DNA of 63,182 bases, counting the filler, from Choristocarpus tenellus KU-1152 (Eukaryota; Protista; Phaeophyceae): NCBI GenBank assembly GCA_964200185.2. It is 9 parts of 9 records of this genome, joined end to end, with 100 filler letters (N's around TTAATTAATTAA, not from the genome) between each part and the next. Parts side by side here need not be neighbours in the genome. Positions count along the whole stretch, not along the records: positions 37,546 to 43,486 come from CAXNAD020009358.1; positions 43,587 to 57,284 come from CAXNAD020001405.1; 7 more parts are not named here. One strand, given 5' to 3'. Every line of letters begins with the position of its first letter. The first letter of the stretch is position 1. The position numbers and the translations under genes were made by a program. The notes under the pieces were generated by a model. The model worked only from the letters and a program-made list of their open reading frames with translations, was not told the DNA's origin and did no database searches. Below, in pieces: positions 41,667 to 55,800 of the stretch.

Positions 41667-42571
41667 GGTGGTATTTTCAGAGCTGATCTAGTTAGCGACT
41701 TGAGCCTCGCGAAGTAGAAAGACTGTTCTTATCCGGAAACAAACATCGGTTGGTCCTATCTGTGAGAAGCATGCATACCTTTCAAGATATTATTTACCTC
41801 AGGTATCATATTTTCCTTCATTATTTCTTTTAAACAAACTGTGCACATATAATAAAAAATTAACAGTCCAACTTACTGGTTACCCAAGCACCTTGGAGGT
41901 AAGTTGTTGAAGAAGAAGTGATAGTAAGGGATAGTGAGTCTTCCAACCACCCTTGACATTATCTCCACAAAACTCCCCAGTAGATGACTTGATGTACCAA
42001 AGCTGTGGTGATCTGAGCTTCATCTACTCAGACCCCGGGATACACATAGGAGGCAGGCTGGTCCACGCCATTTTTCTCACTGCGCATTGCACCCGTTAAT
42101 ACAAATTTTACTTGGACTGAGGTGATATTTAGAGCTGATCTATTGGACGACTTTAGAATCGTTGAGTAGAAAGGTTGCTCTTATCCGGAGAAAGTAACAC
42201 AGAGCGATTCCACCTGTGAGAAGCATGCATATATTTTTCTGCTCAAAATAATATTTACTACTTCTAACAAATGCGAATATAACAAACATTTAAAGTCCAT
42301 CTTTTTCTCATTGACCAAGCACCTTGGAGGCAAGTTATTGAACAAGATGTGATAGTAAGGGATGATGAGTTTTACCCCCTTGACACTATGCCCACAAAAC
42401 TCCCCATTAGATGACCTGATGTACCAAAGCTGTGGTGATACTGAGCTTCACTTACTCGGATCCCCAGGAAGCACGTAGGAGACAGGCAGGTCATCCCATT
42501 TACTCACTGCGCTTTCTACCCGTTAACAACACAGATTTCACTTCGACTAGAGTGCGACCTAGGGCTGATCA
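41667..42571 (+). repeat. Tandem ~430-455 nt repeat (two units plus start of a third) in the retrotransposon 3' UTR
   Basis: Units start at ~41667, 42121 and ~42551; shared blocks AGAGCTGATCTA, CTGTGAGAAGCATGCATA, CCAAGCACCTTGG, GTGATAGTAAGGGAT, CCACAAAACTCCCCA, TGATGTACCAAAGCTGTGGTGAT, CTCACTGCGC, ACCCGTTAA. Confidence 0.9.
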
Positions 42572-42729
42572 CCACTAGTGCTCCACCTTTCATTTTTCTT
42601 TACCCTGAGTTCATTCAACCAGGATGTTTTCATTTTTTTTCCTCCCAAAGTTGGACCTGTCCGACATGAAGTGCTGGCCAGCCACTTTTGTGTTCATGTC
42701 AGATAGAATCCACACTGGGGGGGGGGCAA

Positions 42730-43151
42730 TGTCAGGGATGGGTTCTTTTTTTGGGATCTCCGACACACACACACTTCTGCATAAGACGCGCGGTCATTTA
42801 CAAGTGCGCGCACCAATCACGTCATTTGAGCTCACCCATACCGACCAGTCCAATAAATCAACCACATCCATAAGATCCGGATTTGACCAAACAGTCAAAA
42901 TGGACTGTCAGGACGAAGAATCATTCCGATTCTGACTGATCCATTTCTCTGATGTGATGTTGCTCAGTCATTCGGGAACATCTGTTGTGTTTTGAGGTAT
43001 TTGTTCTGTGCTGGATTTCCTCATCTGTTCTGATATGTTGGACCAAGACCTTCGATACTCGGTCTCACCCTCTGAGGTGGTGGAAGAGTTCACTCCGGTG
43101 ATTGTGATCGCCCCCTTGAACAGAGAACTTGGCACCTTTGACACTTCAACA
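42730..43151 (+). repeat. 3' LTR (~422 bp)
   Basis: Starts TGTCA right after the polypurine tract and ends ACA; last 38 bp match the contig start. Confidence 0.85.
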
Positions 43152-43805
43152 TTTGTAAGAACCACGATCGGAGTTTTTCAAAAGATTTAATTATTTTGTT
43201 GGCTCTAATAGCTTTCAATTATTTAGAATAGGAACACAAAATGTTTTGTTTACCATTTTCATTCGAGAAGAATTTTCTTCGCATATATTCTAACAACATC
43301 AACAACAAAGTATAGCATGTACAATAGCATAATAGATAGTATTCTTAATCGGACTTTAAAATGAAAACAATTGTGGAAAGCATGTTTCCCTGTTATTATA
43401 CCGTTATTGCCGTATGCCATATACTGTTATACCGTGGTACCGAGTGAGGTTCCCAGTCAAGAGTCCATGGTTTCTCTGACGAACTTNNNNNNNNNNNNNN
43501 NNNNNNNNNNNNNNNNNNNNNNNNNNNNNNTTAATTAATTAANNNNNNNNNNNNNNNNNNNNNNNNNNNNNNNNNNNNNNNNNNNNGGGCGTCTGTTTCG
43601 GTCAAACAACTTTTTTTTTTGCTGACATTTCAAATCCGACACGTGCGACCAAATCACACCAAAAGAGAAAATCGAAAAAAGGGTGAAAAACAGACGCCAA
43701 CACCCATAGGACGTCATTCATATGGTGCAGTAATATTAAAGCGCAGTCTCCGATGTCAAAGTTTGCCAACCCTTGCATGAGTGTTGACTAGGAGTGCATT
43801 CTCAC

Positions 43806-46800
43806 CTGCAATATTCAGTATAGTCCTGAACAGATTTTCGCAGCTGTTTGTCAAGTACCCGATCTCAGCATTGGGATGAAGCCCAAACTGTGGAGGACTC
43901 TCTGGTGGGAGCTCTTTGTCGGTGTAGTCAAGGAAACCCTGGCAATGTTGCATTTTTGGGTCAAGAATAAGTCAATACAGAGAAGAAGGGCATATTTGCA
44001 TGATTGATGGCGTTCAGTAACATTTCATCTGTCACGTGAAAACATGAGCTACTTCCTCCATGATTTAGAGATACAGTCCTGTACCATCAACTAGGGTTGA
44101 ATGTTGGCCTGTCTGCTGGTAATGTTGTTTTTGTGTGTAAATATCCACATCGTATGTATACCACTCTCCATGGTTTATGTTCACAACTTACCATTGCACT
44201 CTGCATGGTTCTAGTATTTTCGGTCCCTGGATTTGGTAGATATTATTCAACACATAAAAACTACATATGTGGCACACATGAGCAGACTAAGAATTATACT
44301 TGAGTCACTTCTATTCTTCTCACAGACCAAATATCCAGTGCATCCCATATATATATATATATATATTTGTCACCCCTAGTTCAGATTTCTAATTCACTCT
44401 ACTATAGATGCACCTCGATACACAACAATTGAATAAGATACATTGAGTTTATAACATCCACAACGCTTACAAGGCAACAAGCCTCTACTCAGAGTATGTA
44501 TCACTCTCTGGACACATTCAATAGTGCCATATTACAGTATTTGACCAGCCTCTTCACCGAGCATGTTACAACATTTTTCAACATTGAATTCCATCACTAC
44601 TTTAGTGCGCAGGGTCACCTCTTTGCTTTACAAGACTTGAAGCCTCTTCACAGAGCACTTAGTGGGAACCAAATGGTTCATTCAATTCAAGTTCTTAGCA
44701 GGTTATGAGCCTCACATGATTCCCTCTTTGTCACAATGTGAACCATACTCAAATCTTGTGGTTTGCTTCAAAACACGAGTGGGATCTGTTCTCTAAGCCC
44801 TTTGGTCATACTAGAAGGAGACAAAGAAGATAGCCCTCCATCTCCAGTGAGTGAGTGCCATTGGTTGCACTCACGGTGATCAATATCTCAAATATAATGT
44901 TATGCAAACCTGGAAGTCGCGGGATTCTGGTTCTGGTGCCTTGAATCCTGGACCAAGCTCCATTGCTGTAAAGAGGCCCGCGTTAAACAAGACCTTAAGA
45001 TTAAATTAGGTAGGGGTTAGTTAGAAGAGTGGACAGCAGCAATTACATATGTAGGCCCGTGCTATTACTTTGTCATCTGGTGCAGAACATTTTCTGTGCA
45101 ACAGTTTCAGTTGCTGAAATCTATGAGAATACTGGAGGTGACAAATACTTGACTGTGACAACCAAGCATGGATCACCCTGATCGTTCTCTTGAGACTGCC
45201 TTCGCACCTCAAGATAAGTGTTACAGGTCCGGCGATCCCAAGCATCTGTGATGTGCCCACCGTACATAATCTCCCCAAATATATAGCGCAGATCATCCCA
45301 GGGAACGTCTGGGTTGTCGTTGAGGTATGAACCTAGCAAAAGAGATCACTGAGAGTAAGAAATGTAGTGCAGGAGCATCATTTTCTGCTGCATTGCCCTA
45401 TAATCCATCCAGAATAGGTGTTTGAAAGGAAAAGCAATGCCTCAAACATGCTTAGTATGGACCCAGTCAAGTAAGATGTTTGGCAAAATGTTCGTAATTT
45501 TGCACCCATGAAAATCTTACCTAGGACGTTGGCGCAGATGGTCAGATCGCCTGTGTTAAATGAGTATGGCCTGGACCAGCCCTGTGGTCCAAAACGTCTT
45601 CGACCTGCAAGGGGGAAGTACAAGGTATACAAAAATATTTCCTGTTAGGAAAGGAACTGAATAGAGGAAAAAGTCTTGCGTGGCATACTTGGTGTCTATA
45701 ATTGTGTGTTCTCTGGTATACTTGGTCTCCGATACTCTGGGTGAATGTTTCTTTTTGTCAGCTCTGGGTGAATGTTTCTTTTTATCAGCATCTCAGCAAC
45801 TCACCTAGGACAATAGAGTGGAACCAGCAGAGACTAAACAAACAACCCTTAAATTCGGTAGGTTTTGAACAGCTGTCCACCTTCTGCTGATCAAAGTTCG
45901 CCCATGCTCGAGTAAGATTGGACTTGATGTCAGCTGGTGCCTCATTGGCCACCTGTCAATGTGCATGAAAGGGGATGAACACCAGAGCATTCAAGCCCAA
46001 CAACCAGGAATAATATCAAGACAATCATATTAAGGTCCAAAAAGGATAAGCATGGGCACCCGGAATACAGGTACATTTAAACATCATGCAGCGGTAAATG
46101 CACACATGGATCAATCAAAGGTACTATTCCTAACCTTGATGCAGGATTGCATAAGGCTCTCCGGCATATTCTTCATGCTGGCCATCGGGGGTGGCTCTGC
46201 AGAGATGAAGCACCTAATGAAAAGGGGAAGAGTAATAGCTGGTTGTTGGCTGCTCACCTAGTTGTACCTTACACTGAAACACTTCACAGGGATGAGTATC
46301 GACTTACAATGCAGACCCCAAAGCATTTATGAGGTTAGGAGTTTTGCCCTGATTGTTTATTTGGGGCTTGGCTTCCCACGGGTTCTTTATGCCATTTTTC
46401 GGGTTTTTTTGTGTGAACACAGTTACCCTAACCCTAAAGTGTATATGACTATGAGACGTATGTCCGGAGCAAGGCTATTGACACTTGCTAACAAGCATGA
46501 TGAACAAAATTGATCAAAATTGATCAAAATCACAAGGTTGGATTTATGATCCTGAACGGATGCGACCCTACCCTCTTAAACGCTTTGAATCGCACTGACC
46601 AACTGTTGCTGGACGCGGTGGGCAGGGGATCACAAATTGCCCTTCTTCCTGTGAGCCATTGGGCTCTGGATCTATTATGTGTTTGGTTCTACTATTGTTC
46701 CCTGGAGTGTGAGATACAGCAATCACTTTCCTATGTTGAGAAATACTCTTATGTTTGTTCATTTAGGTGGAAGGTTATGATGATCTATTTTCAGTAAGCT

Positions 46801-49800
46801 GAAGTTGGTTCATGTTCTGAACAAAAGTTTGGTTCTCCTCCATAGTGGGCGAATTATGGAGTTTATAGCCAGCAGGCCTCATTCCTTGCAATTCCTCTGC
46901 ATCTGAGGAATCTTTTCCCAAGTCCCTGGCTTTCCAAAAATATTTTTTTACTACACTCGACAGAGTCTTTGCATTAAAGGAGACACTATTTCGCCCTCAC
47001 ACATCTCACTAAGTTGCAATTAATATACTGATATGATATTGCCTTAAATAGAAACACACAACAGTCCATAACAGTGTTTGCATTTTCATGTCGATGTATT
47101 CCACAGATCATACACTTGGGGATATTTTGGCCCAAACCCTAACATTACTTTAAATCAATGCTTTGGAACTCTCCTGTGTCCACTTAGGAACTGAGACCAT
47201 GCAACTAATATATACTTCTGGGCAAATGGGTGATGATTTAGGACGAACGGGATCCCAAAGCTTACCGGAAGGTGTCATGAGCGCCCTCTTGGACGATTTC
47301 CAGCAAGCGCTCCAACCGTGGTACCCAACTCTGCATGAGGTGACAATTTTGGAGCATTACCCATCCACCATCTTTGGCAAACCTGAACAAAGTTGAGATT
47401 GTTTGGTAAACCTTAGAATAATTCTTGTAGACAAGCTCAAAATCGATAGCTGATGTGGCTAGGCATCTTTTGTCATGTGTGGTTATGGCATACTTTGAGC
47501 TCTCCAGAACATTTCATTTTAGTGCTCTTAAAGTATCAATCATGCAGCAATGGAAAACAAAATTAAGGGATGAAGTCTTCTTATTGCTCTAGGAATAGAA
47601 ACCTTTGAGTGTAGTTTAATATATTTCCAACTTGGAGGCTGGTGGCTCATCTATGGTGCCATTTGGCTATTATGGGGTTGCATGTTTGGACCACTATGCA
47701 GCTCTTTAGATGTCATTTTTTGCAAGGGTCTTTACTGGTGTGTGTATGTCATACTTAAACAAGATTTCATGATTGGGCAATAAAAACATCTGGTTAGTAT
47801 GAATGGTCCCAAGTAATATAATCCCCGCACTTTACCCCAGTTACAACTATTCCCACCTTTCTACTACTCCCTCAGCTGGTTTTTCCTGTCCCTGGCCCAT
47901 GGATATGTTGATGAATTTTCCTGGCAAAGTTGAGATGTGGGCAGTGCCTTCGTGATCAACATTATGGTCTTGAAAAAAGTGTTGAGGGCCTCATTGTGTG
48001 AATAAAGCATTTCACTCCAAGAAGATCTATTAATGTGTAGGACTTCAACAACTGTATTTTAGTTACATACAAACCTTGAACTGTGCACCCCTCTTATTTA
48101 AGAATTATGTTAGTCTGGTGCAGTACCAGACCAGTCACATCAAAGGGTCATCTTGGGGGCTTACCGTTATCAGTGCTTATCCCCAAAGTTTTTCCGAGTC
48201 CTTCCACCCATGGAGTTGGATCCACACCAGGGAAAAGCACAAAGAACATTGCTGTCGAAGGAGCAGTTTCCTCAAACGTTGAGGCCATGTTGTATGGCTC
48301 TTGGACAACATAGTTCTTGCCCATTGTCTGTGAGAAATGAGCAAAGAACTTCAATTACCTTTGAAGTATTTTGGAAATATTTTCTATTCTTTTTTTCCCT
48401 AGGGTATCAAGTGTTCCCATGTCCTTCTGTCTATGTACTCTGGGGGCGTCTCTATCTAGAGATACATGTTTTTGGTTGACTATGGCATTTTTTTTTTCCA
48501 TTCTTCCCTGTCCATGCAATTGAGATGATTGCAATTAACAGTCAAAATCAAAGTAACGTTTATTGATTTGGCTAGGTGCAGGTTCCTTGGTCACCTTGAG
48601 CTCGAAATAGAGTGGACAATTGATGGGAAAGTGTACATTAATATAACTATATATTGATATACAACTCACCACACTGATCCATTTTCCAAGTGCAGTGGAA
48701 ACACGATCAGGGCGCATTGCGCGCAGTAAGATGAGGCGGTCGAAGTCACAAAGGTTCTTCTCAAAGTCTCCTGGAAGTTTTGCTTGGTCAGCTTTCTCAT
48801 CATCAAACCATGCCTATCCGTTGGGTATTGTGGGTAGAGTTATGAGGTGGGGAAATGGGAATGATTCATAATAAATGGATTATATATATTCGGTGGAATT
48901 GTTTTAGTGCTGTACAACAACTGAAATAGCCCTTCGCCTGTCACACACTTAACTTGAACATCACAGTATCACTACTGAACACTATTACGTTAACAAAGGA
49001 GCATATGCCTAGCCAGCAACCTTTTTGAAACGGTAGAGTATTTGCTGGACCTTCAAGGAAATGAGTGTGTGATACATTGTGGTCTAACGGAGGGTGACTA
49101 GGTTAATAACTCTCTAAAAAGTACTTCGTAAGGAGGCCTTGGTGCAATGTTACAAATTCTGTGCAGGAAGAAACAGCCTGATTTTGATTTCCCTTGTAGT
49201 GAATGCTCCATAATTTGTTTGAAGTATTGTTTTTTTGCTCTGGGTTTCCACATATACCTGCCAATCATCGGTGTCAGACTGCATGGCATCTCCAAGATTT
49301 TGGAATCGCCGGAGGCCCTCTAAAGCCTTGATCTTAGGCCAGATGGGCTCTGGGAGCCATTCTCCCAAAGGTCCCATGTTGCCAGGATCCATTGAAATCT
49401 GAAAAATATGTGAGACCAATAAGCTAAATTAAATGGCTGCCAAGGGTGTTCGTAAAGGTGAGTGGTTCTTAAATGTGAGTGGTTCTAAAAGTTACAAAGT
49501 TTAGACTGACGATGTATGCGCAAGCCCAATCCATGTGCTGAGTGAAGAACTGCTTGAAGGTAGAAAAGATTGAAAAATGGCGAGATATCATTGTGCCACT
49601 GATGCTACCTGAACTTGGCACAAAAAAGAATCAAGAGTTCAGGAGATCTGGTGTGGGATTGTGAGATCATCACCTTTGACATGACGAGGAAGTCCACTTC
49701 ATCCTGCTGGAGTAGGCCATCGTTAACCAGAATTTTGAGTGCCAGCATGGTTGCAACTGTCAACTTGTCCCTCTCAAAGAGTCCGCGTCTCACATAGCTG

Positions 49801-52800
49801 AACACTGTCTTGGTGATAGAATCAACCAGCACGATGCACCTAAGTGTCCAGGTCAACAGAATGGGCATGTTAAACTTGTGCCAGTGATACTGCTGCCATG
49901 AATCTCGCGCTGTCTATTCTGATTTCTGTCATGATACCTCCAATAGATTTTGGAAAATAAATTGTTGGTACACATTACCCTGTCATTTCTAACTTCTTCT
50001 ACTTCAATTCTTAAGAGCGATGATCTATTTCTCATGGTCAGAGCTTGATATAAGATGCACTGTTCAAACTTGCAAATACTTCATGTTGAGCCAGAGCATC
50101 GTAGAGGAGGGTTGCTATAAACCCTATTGTACATAAGGGACAAAAACCCCCTTCTGCCTGACATCTCCATTCCCATTCCTGAAATGGACCTAATCTTGTT
50201 AGGAGGCTGTGGCAGCAGGAGAGGCAACAAAGGATTGTCCATGTAATTGTGACATCACCCTTGAGAGAGTTAGGAAGCAGTGTACCAGAAGACATTGATC
50301 GAAGCTCCCTTTATCAATGGCATCCCCCTCTGGGGCATTGTGTCTTATTTACTTCCCTAATGTCACAGAAATACACTGGGAGAATGATGTCTCTTGCAGT
50401 ATGATTCAGTATAGTATGTGTCAGATCCATGGGTGAAAGCCCACTGGGACTTCTGGTGAGATGAACAACACATTTATCTATTACATGATGCGCGGAATGT
50501 AATCCATAACGATATATTATTTTGGATGTGTTCATGGAGAATTGGTGGTGGAACCCCTCCTGATACGCATGAAGATCGAATCTCAACCCCCACCTTAATG
50601 ACACTACTTAGTCTGTAGAATGGACAGATCTCAATGTTGCTTGTAATATCAATTGTGCACAACCGTATAATCAAGTATTACTACCATCTTTTACCAGAAC
50701 ATCCCATCCAATACAGGAAAGTGAGCAATTTTGAGCACTCAGAGTCTAGTGAGAGAGTATTTTGTGTATGTACAGTACCTGGTTGCCAGTTCCTCGTCTG
50801 TCATCTCCTTTGAACCTCCACCTTCTGCAATTTCCTCCTCCTCATCATCAGCATCCCTATTAGTTGAATCTATTGCTTCATCACCTGGTACCTCCCCATC
50901 TGCATCTTCGCCAGTAACCTCAACAGAATCAGTATTGTCTACGCCCTGATCACTGTCCACATTGTTGCTTGAGAGTGATATTTTTTTCGTTTTTGTGATG
51001 CTGACTTTATCAATGCCTTGATAGAATACCTGTGGCAGTGGGCATGAATGTAGATGGAAAGATGAAAGATGCTAGGATCTAATTTGTGTAAACTTATCTT
51101 CTATAGTCATAGTACCCCCCTAGCAAAAAAAATACTTTGAGGCGCTGCACAAGAAAATCACCATATTACATCAGCTCAGGTGCTACTTTTATTGTGCAGC
51201 ATCCTGCAGTAGAAGGCAATGTGAACACTCTTTTCAATATATGATATGTAGGGTAGTTCACAAACCAATTCCAACCTTAGTAAATCCTGGTACAAAAACT
51301 GGAACTCCCATTCCAGTGGTGAACACACTTTATCAAGAATCACTCTGGGGATAAACACACCTTGGTGAATGCCGCCAGCGAGTATATGTAGTAGGAATGT
51401 ATCTTGACAAGGTCGTTCATGAGGAAGAAGAGCAGGGATGATCGATTGGCCACTGGGCGGTACTTCTCACTTGTGATACGGATGCTTTCCTGCCAAGGAG
51501 AGTGATGCTAAGGTTTAGAGGATGGTCGAGGCTACGGGGTAAGTTAATTTACCCTGTCATTGTCAGTTTCTTTTTTCAGATAAATTTTATGTTTTGATTA
51601 GCCATTTGATAAGTACAACAGACTTTACACCTCTACTATCCTGTCTGTTTCTGAACATCAAAATTGTGAAAAACCTGAATTGTAGTGGGAAGGCTGGTGC
51701 AGTGAGCACTGCACCAGACTCGAGGAAGGGGGTGGGAGTGACAAATGGTGGGATGGCTAGGCTCAGTACTCAAGAGCAGAGCAAGGAATGGCTCAAAGTA
51801 TCCGAGGGGGGGTGGCAGTTGCCCTTTTGGGGCCCATTTTTCCATGTCATGATTTTGGGTGAATTTGGTTGCATGGGTCAGATGGATAATGTCAGTGCAC
51901 TTCTCCTGGTAAAGACCTGAATGGACACCCTGGTGTAGACCCCACCCCCCCTTCCCAAGTACTTAGAGCCGACACATAGGAAGATGCAAATAGTTATAGT
52001 GTAACTAACATTCGCTTTGTAGTCTATCTGTAATAGTACAGTTTGTAGTGCTTCTGATCCCGTGTCAGGGCTATTTGGGGTCAAACTAGGTTCCTAATTC
52101 TGGACTATTGTGACGATAGTAACTTCTAGAGATACCACAGTTGGGGCAGCGGCGGTTGTTTTTGCCTTGGCCCACAACCCTCAATCTTGTCACTCCTGAC
52201 AGCAGAGTATCCTAACAGTATTGGAGCAACATCTATTCCACTGCCTCTCTCCAGAGTTGCAAAGTCCAAGTCCTAGCACAGCATTTCATTGAAGCACTCA
52301 GCACACTACCTGCTTGACATAAAGTAACCCTTGGACTTTGAGTTTTGAGCAGTTCACATGGTAAGTAACCATTGAGTACACTTCACCCCTACCTCATTTC
52401 TTGCCCTGTAATATTCCTGGGTGTCACTATGTCCTCAAAGAGAATTTTCGTTTTTCCCTCTATTACCTGTGTGTCTTTTGCTAATGCTGACTTTTGCCCA
52501 ATATCTGTGGCAATCCGCTTAGTCTCCTCCAGTCCTTCAATCAGTTCAACATCCTCAGTAATATCACCTTGTCACATCAAGTGAGGTTGATACAAAGATT
52601 CCTGTGTTTTCAGACAATGTGAATTGATTGACTAGACATGTCCATTGGGACCTATTTTATTCCTTACCCAGCTGATTGACATGAGCATAAGAGGCATTGC
52701 TTCTATGACCAAGGGTGTGGCAATGTTCCAGAGTGCACAGGACTAGGCAACTCACCTCTTAAAGGTGCTAATGCTTGGTGAGTCTATGTTATTATTATAC

Positions 52801-55800
52801 AGGAATCGCCATCGTGCAAGTTCTAAATGCACTAGAAATGGAGAAATTCCTCCAAGAACTGGTTACTTTGGGGGGATTGCAAAATTGCATGTTAGCACCA
52901 GATCTCTTGACCACACTCCCAGGACCATGATGAATCATATGAAAGTTAACACTTGATGCAGTCATGCGATAGTGTGCTCAAGAGCAGTCTCTTGCACCGT
53001 GAAAGTATCTTATTAAGAGAGGGTACGAGTTTCGCCCTATTTGTCCGTTATTTGTCCGTTTGGGGCTTGGCTTCCCATGGGTTTTTTTAATGATATTATA
53101 ACTTTCCGAAATGTTTAGGAGTAGGTAAAATGTATACATTATGAAGAGGTGTATCCAGAACAAGGATATTGACACTTCCTGATAAACACGATAGCCAAAA
53201 TTACGTCAAAATCGAAACATTGGATTTTGGCCCCCAAACGGACGAGGATCTACCCTCTAAAATACTTTAGATCTCAGCAACATGATTGATCACCAATTCA
53301 ATAAAGATGACTTTTCAATTTAGTCTATCCGAAAAGCTTTTTATGGCAGTAGTGCTCAGATTTGACCAGGCATCGAGGGAGGGGGAACAATGGTATGTTG
53401 CCCACCTTCAGCTGTGGCGAGCTTGTTGAGGATATTATCCTCCAACTCCTTCATCTTGATCTTGAAACCATTTTGCTGCTCCACCAGTTGTTCACCCAGG
53501 TCTGCCAGGTCCGACCTCTCTTTTCTCACGACCAAGTTGAGGAGCTGTAGATGCAAAGAGTTTAGAGGTTTGAGAATGGTGGTATCAGTTTCATTTTCCG
53601 TATCACAATGTTGTTTTCTGTTGTTTGTCTTCTTTTTGTATAGACCATCTTATTCCTAGATTCAATATCCCTAACCTTTATACTCCCAGTAAAAAAGTGA
53701 AAGGTTGAGGCCAATGGTTTGTCCAACATTCTTACTCTAGCCCACCTGATCCTCTAGCCCATGCATTGTCACAGTAAAGTTGATGAGAGTAGTTTCTGCC
53801 TGGATCTCTGGCGGATAGTGTGGGTTGGACAGCTTTGTGTGCAAGAATAATCTGCCGGTAGGGTGAAGACATCGATCATGTTGTGAGATTTTTCTGGGGC
53901 CCATGGCAAGAATTGCAGTTTTTTAATCAGCAATTTATTGCTAGAGATCTTATGGTATGTGTAGGTTCAATAAGTTACGTCAATGGTGTGCAATCACCTC
54001 TGGCTATTACCTCTGAGCCTAGCACAAATTGTTGTTTCAGATTGAATAGGATCCTGGTGCATACCAATCCGGTGAAACAAAGCGACTTCTCCCTGCGCAA
54101 CCATGGACATGAACCCTAATAAAAACATAAATTTCTGAAAAACATTCAGAGAAAAATAGTATCACGTGACAGCAATCGTAACCAAATTATTTTTTCTCGA
54201 TTCTGAAGGTCGAAATTTGGAGTATCAGTTGAAAACCAAATCCATTGCCACACCTGAAGTCCGGGTGGAATTCAACTTCGGAGTCTCCCAGTTTGATGTA
54301 CATTTTACGACCACGGTATATTACAGCGCGCTGGATAACAGGGTTGAGGACAGCCTCAAGAGTCTCACCCAAGTTCTCAATAAGTATGGAATGCCTGCAG
54401 AGAGAGAGATATGGGGTGCATGGTAACAAAATCAGTGTGTAGACGACTAGGTTGGTCTTGAATTTTCCCAGCCTACAGAAGAAAGATACAGCTGGGAGTG
54501 AGGTCTCTCCACTTACTCTAGCTATGATGATCTCTCACTGACCCGTTCTCAAGTGCCCTCTCCAACTTTCGAAGCATATCACTTTGTCCAAGACGCACGA
54601 CTTCCAAGTTCCGCTCAGGGGATGACTCCTTAGCACGAATCCACTTAATTCCCTGTGACCACAAGGCGTGAGTGAAGAAAAGAGGTGCTTATGTGTGTAT
54701 GTATGGTCATGGACAGGATTAATTGTTATTGTTGGGATTGCTCTTGCCTTCCAGTCCATTTCTTGTAACTGTTGTTAAAAGTTTAAAAATATCATAATAT
54801 AAGTGGGAGTCTAATGACGAAGTGCGGCTTCATAGAGTGCCTATGTGTGATGCTGTCTTCTTAGACAATGGTTTGCAATTTGTGCTAATGAACGTTTGTG
54901 TGATGGCGAGAGGCGTACCATTTAACTCTTGTGTAGATATTTTGCTGCTTTTTTTCCGTCCGGATCTCGAAATATTGTGACGAAAAACGACTTTTTGAAA
55001 CCCTTTCTTCATTTTGCTCTATTCCAGATTTGGTTGATTGCACAAGAATTGTCGATTTTGCAGCCCATTTTCATTTTACTATGTTCTGTATTGGCGACAT
55101 CAAAATTACAACATTTGAATAATGACCCCAAATGGACACCCACCACTCCCTGTAGATGGTATGGCTCTGAATGCTCATAGTCAATGATAGTTATTACTAT
55201 AGTGGTATTACACTATGTGTCAAGAGCAGGGGAGATTCAGCCTAAGTACAAAAGCTTGTGGGTACTGTTGTTGCACAGGATAATGACCTGCAATCATGCA
55301 GTGGGGATACAAACCACATTTCCCAGACTCGACTTGGCAGATGTGCTAGATAATTTTTCCGACAACTATTTTTTTCTTATCAATCCACAATCTTTTCCTT
55401 CTTCTCGTTCTTTTTAAACACTCCTTTTTCATCTTTACGTTCACTTTGATCACTACTTCTAGGCTGTATGCCCTGCAACTACAGAACCACGAGATGAAGC
55501 TGCACTTCATGGATGAGGAATTATCTAAGAGAGTGGTATCAACTGCATCATGGCAGTATAGCATATGGCATGTCAAAACTACTGCTCTTCCTGTAAGGAC
55601 CTCATTCAGTTGCAGTATTATGTGTATGCACTGATCGCGAGATGAAGATGCCCTACTGAAGTGGAAATCTGACATATCTGGCCTTTCTCAGCCCACTCCA
55701 TCATGTGGTTATTTGCAGCAGTCCATTGTTGCTCTCAGTTCATCATTTTATCTCCTGATATAAGTAATGCCTTCGCAGGGGTTTAAACACACACCCACGT

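Larger units (their letters stand above)
37546..43151 (+). mobile_element. Ty3/Gypsy LTR retrotransposon with chromodomain integrase, internally deleted, non-autonomous
   Basis: End of 5' LTR 37546-37583 matches ~43114-43151; PBS-like TGGTACTCACG at 37585; gag, RT fragment, integrase in Gypsy order; G-rich PPT ~42717-42729; 3' LTR TGT...ACA. Confidence 0.93.

Noticed and set aside
41979-42028. SECIS-like hairpin (ATGA-N11-AAA...TGAG) downstream of a Cys-to-TGA codon in the integrase zinc finger, suggesting selenocysteine recoding
   Set aside because: The 3' arm is too short (about 14 nt from AA to GA), ATGA pairs Watson-Crick with TCAT instead, and the element also has TAA/TAG stops and frameshifts, so the TGA is most simply decay.
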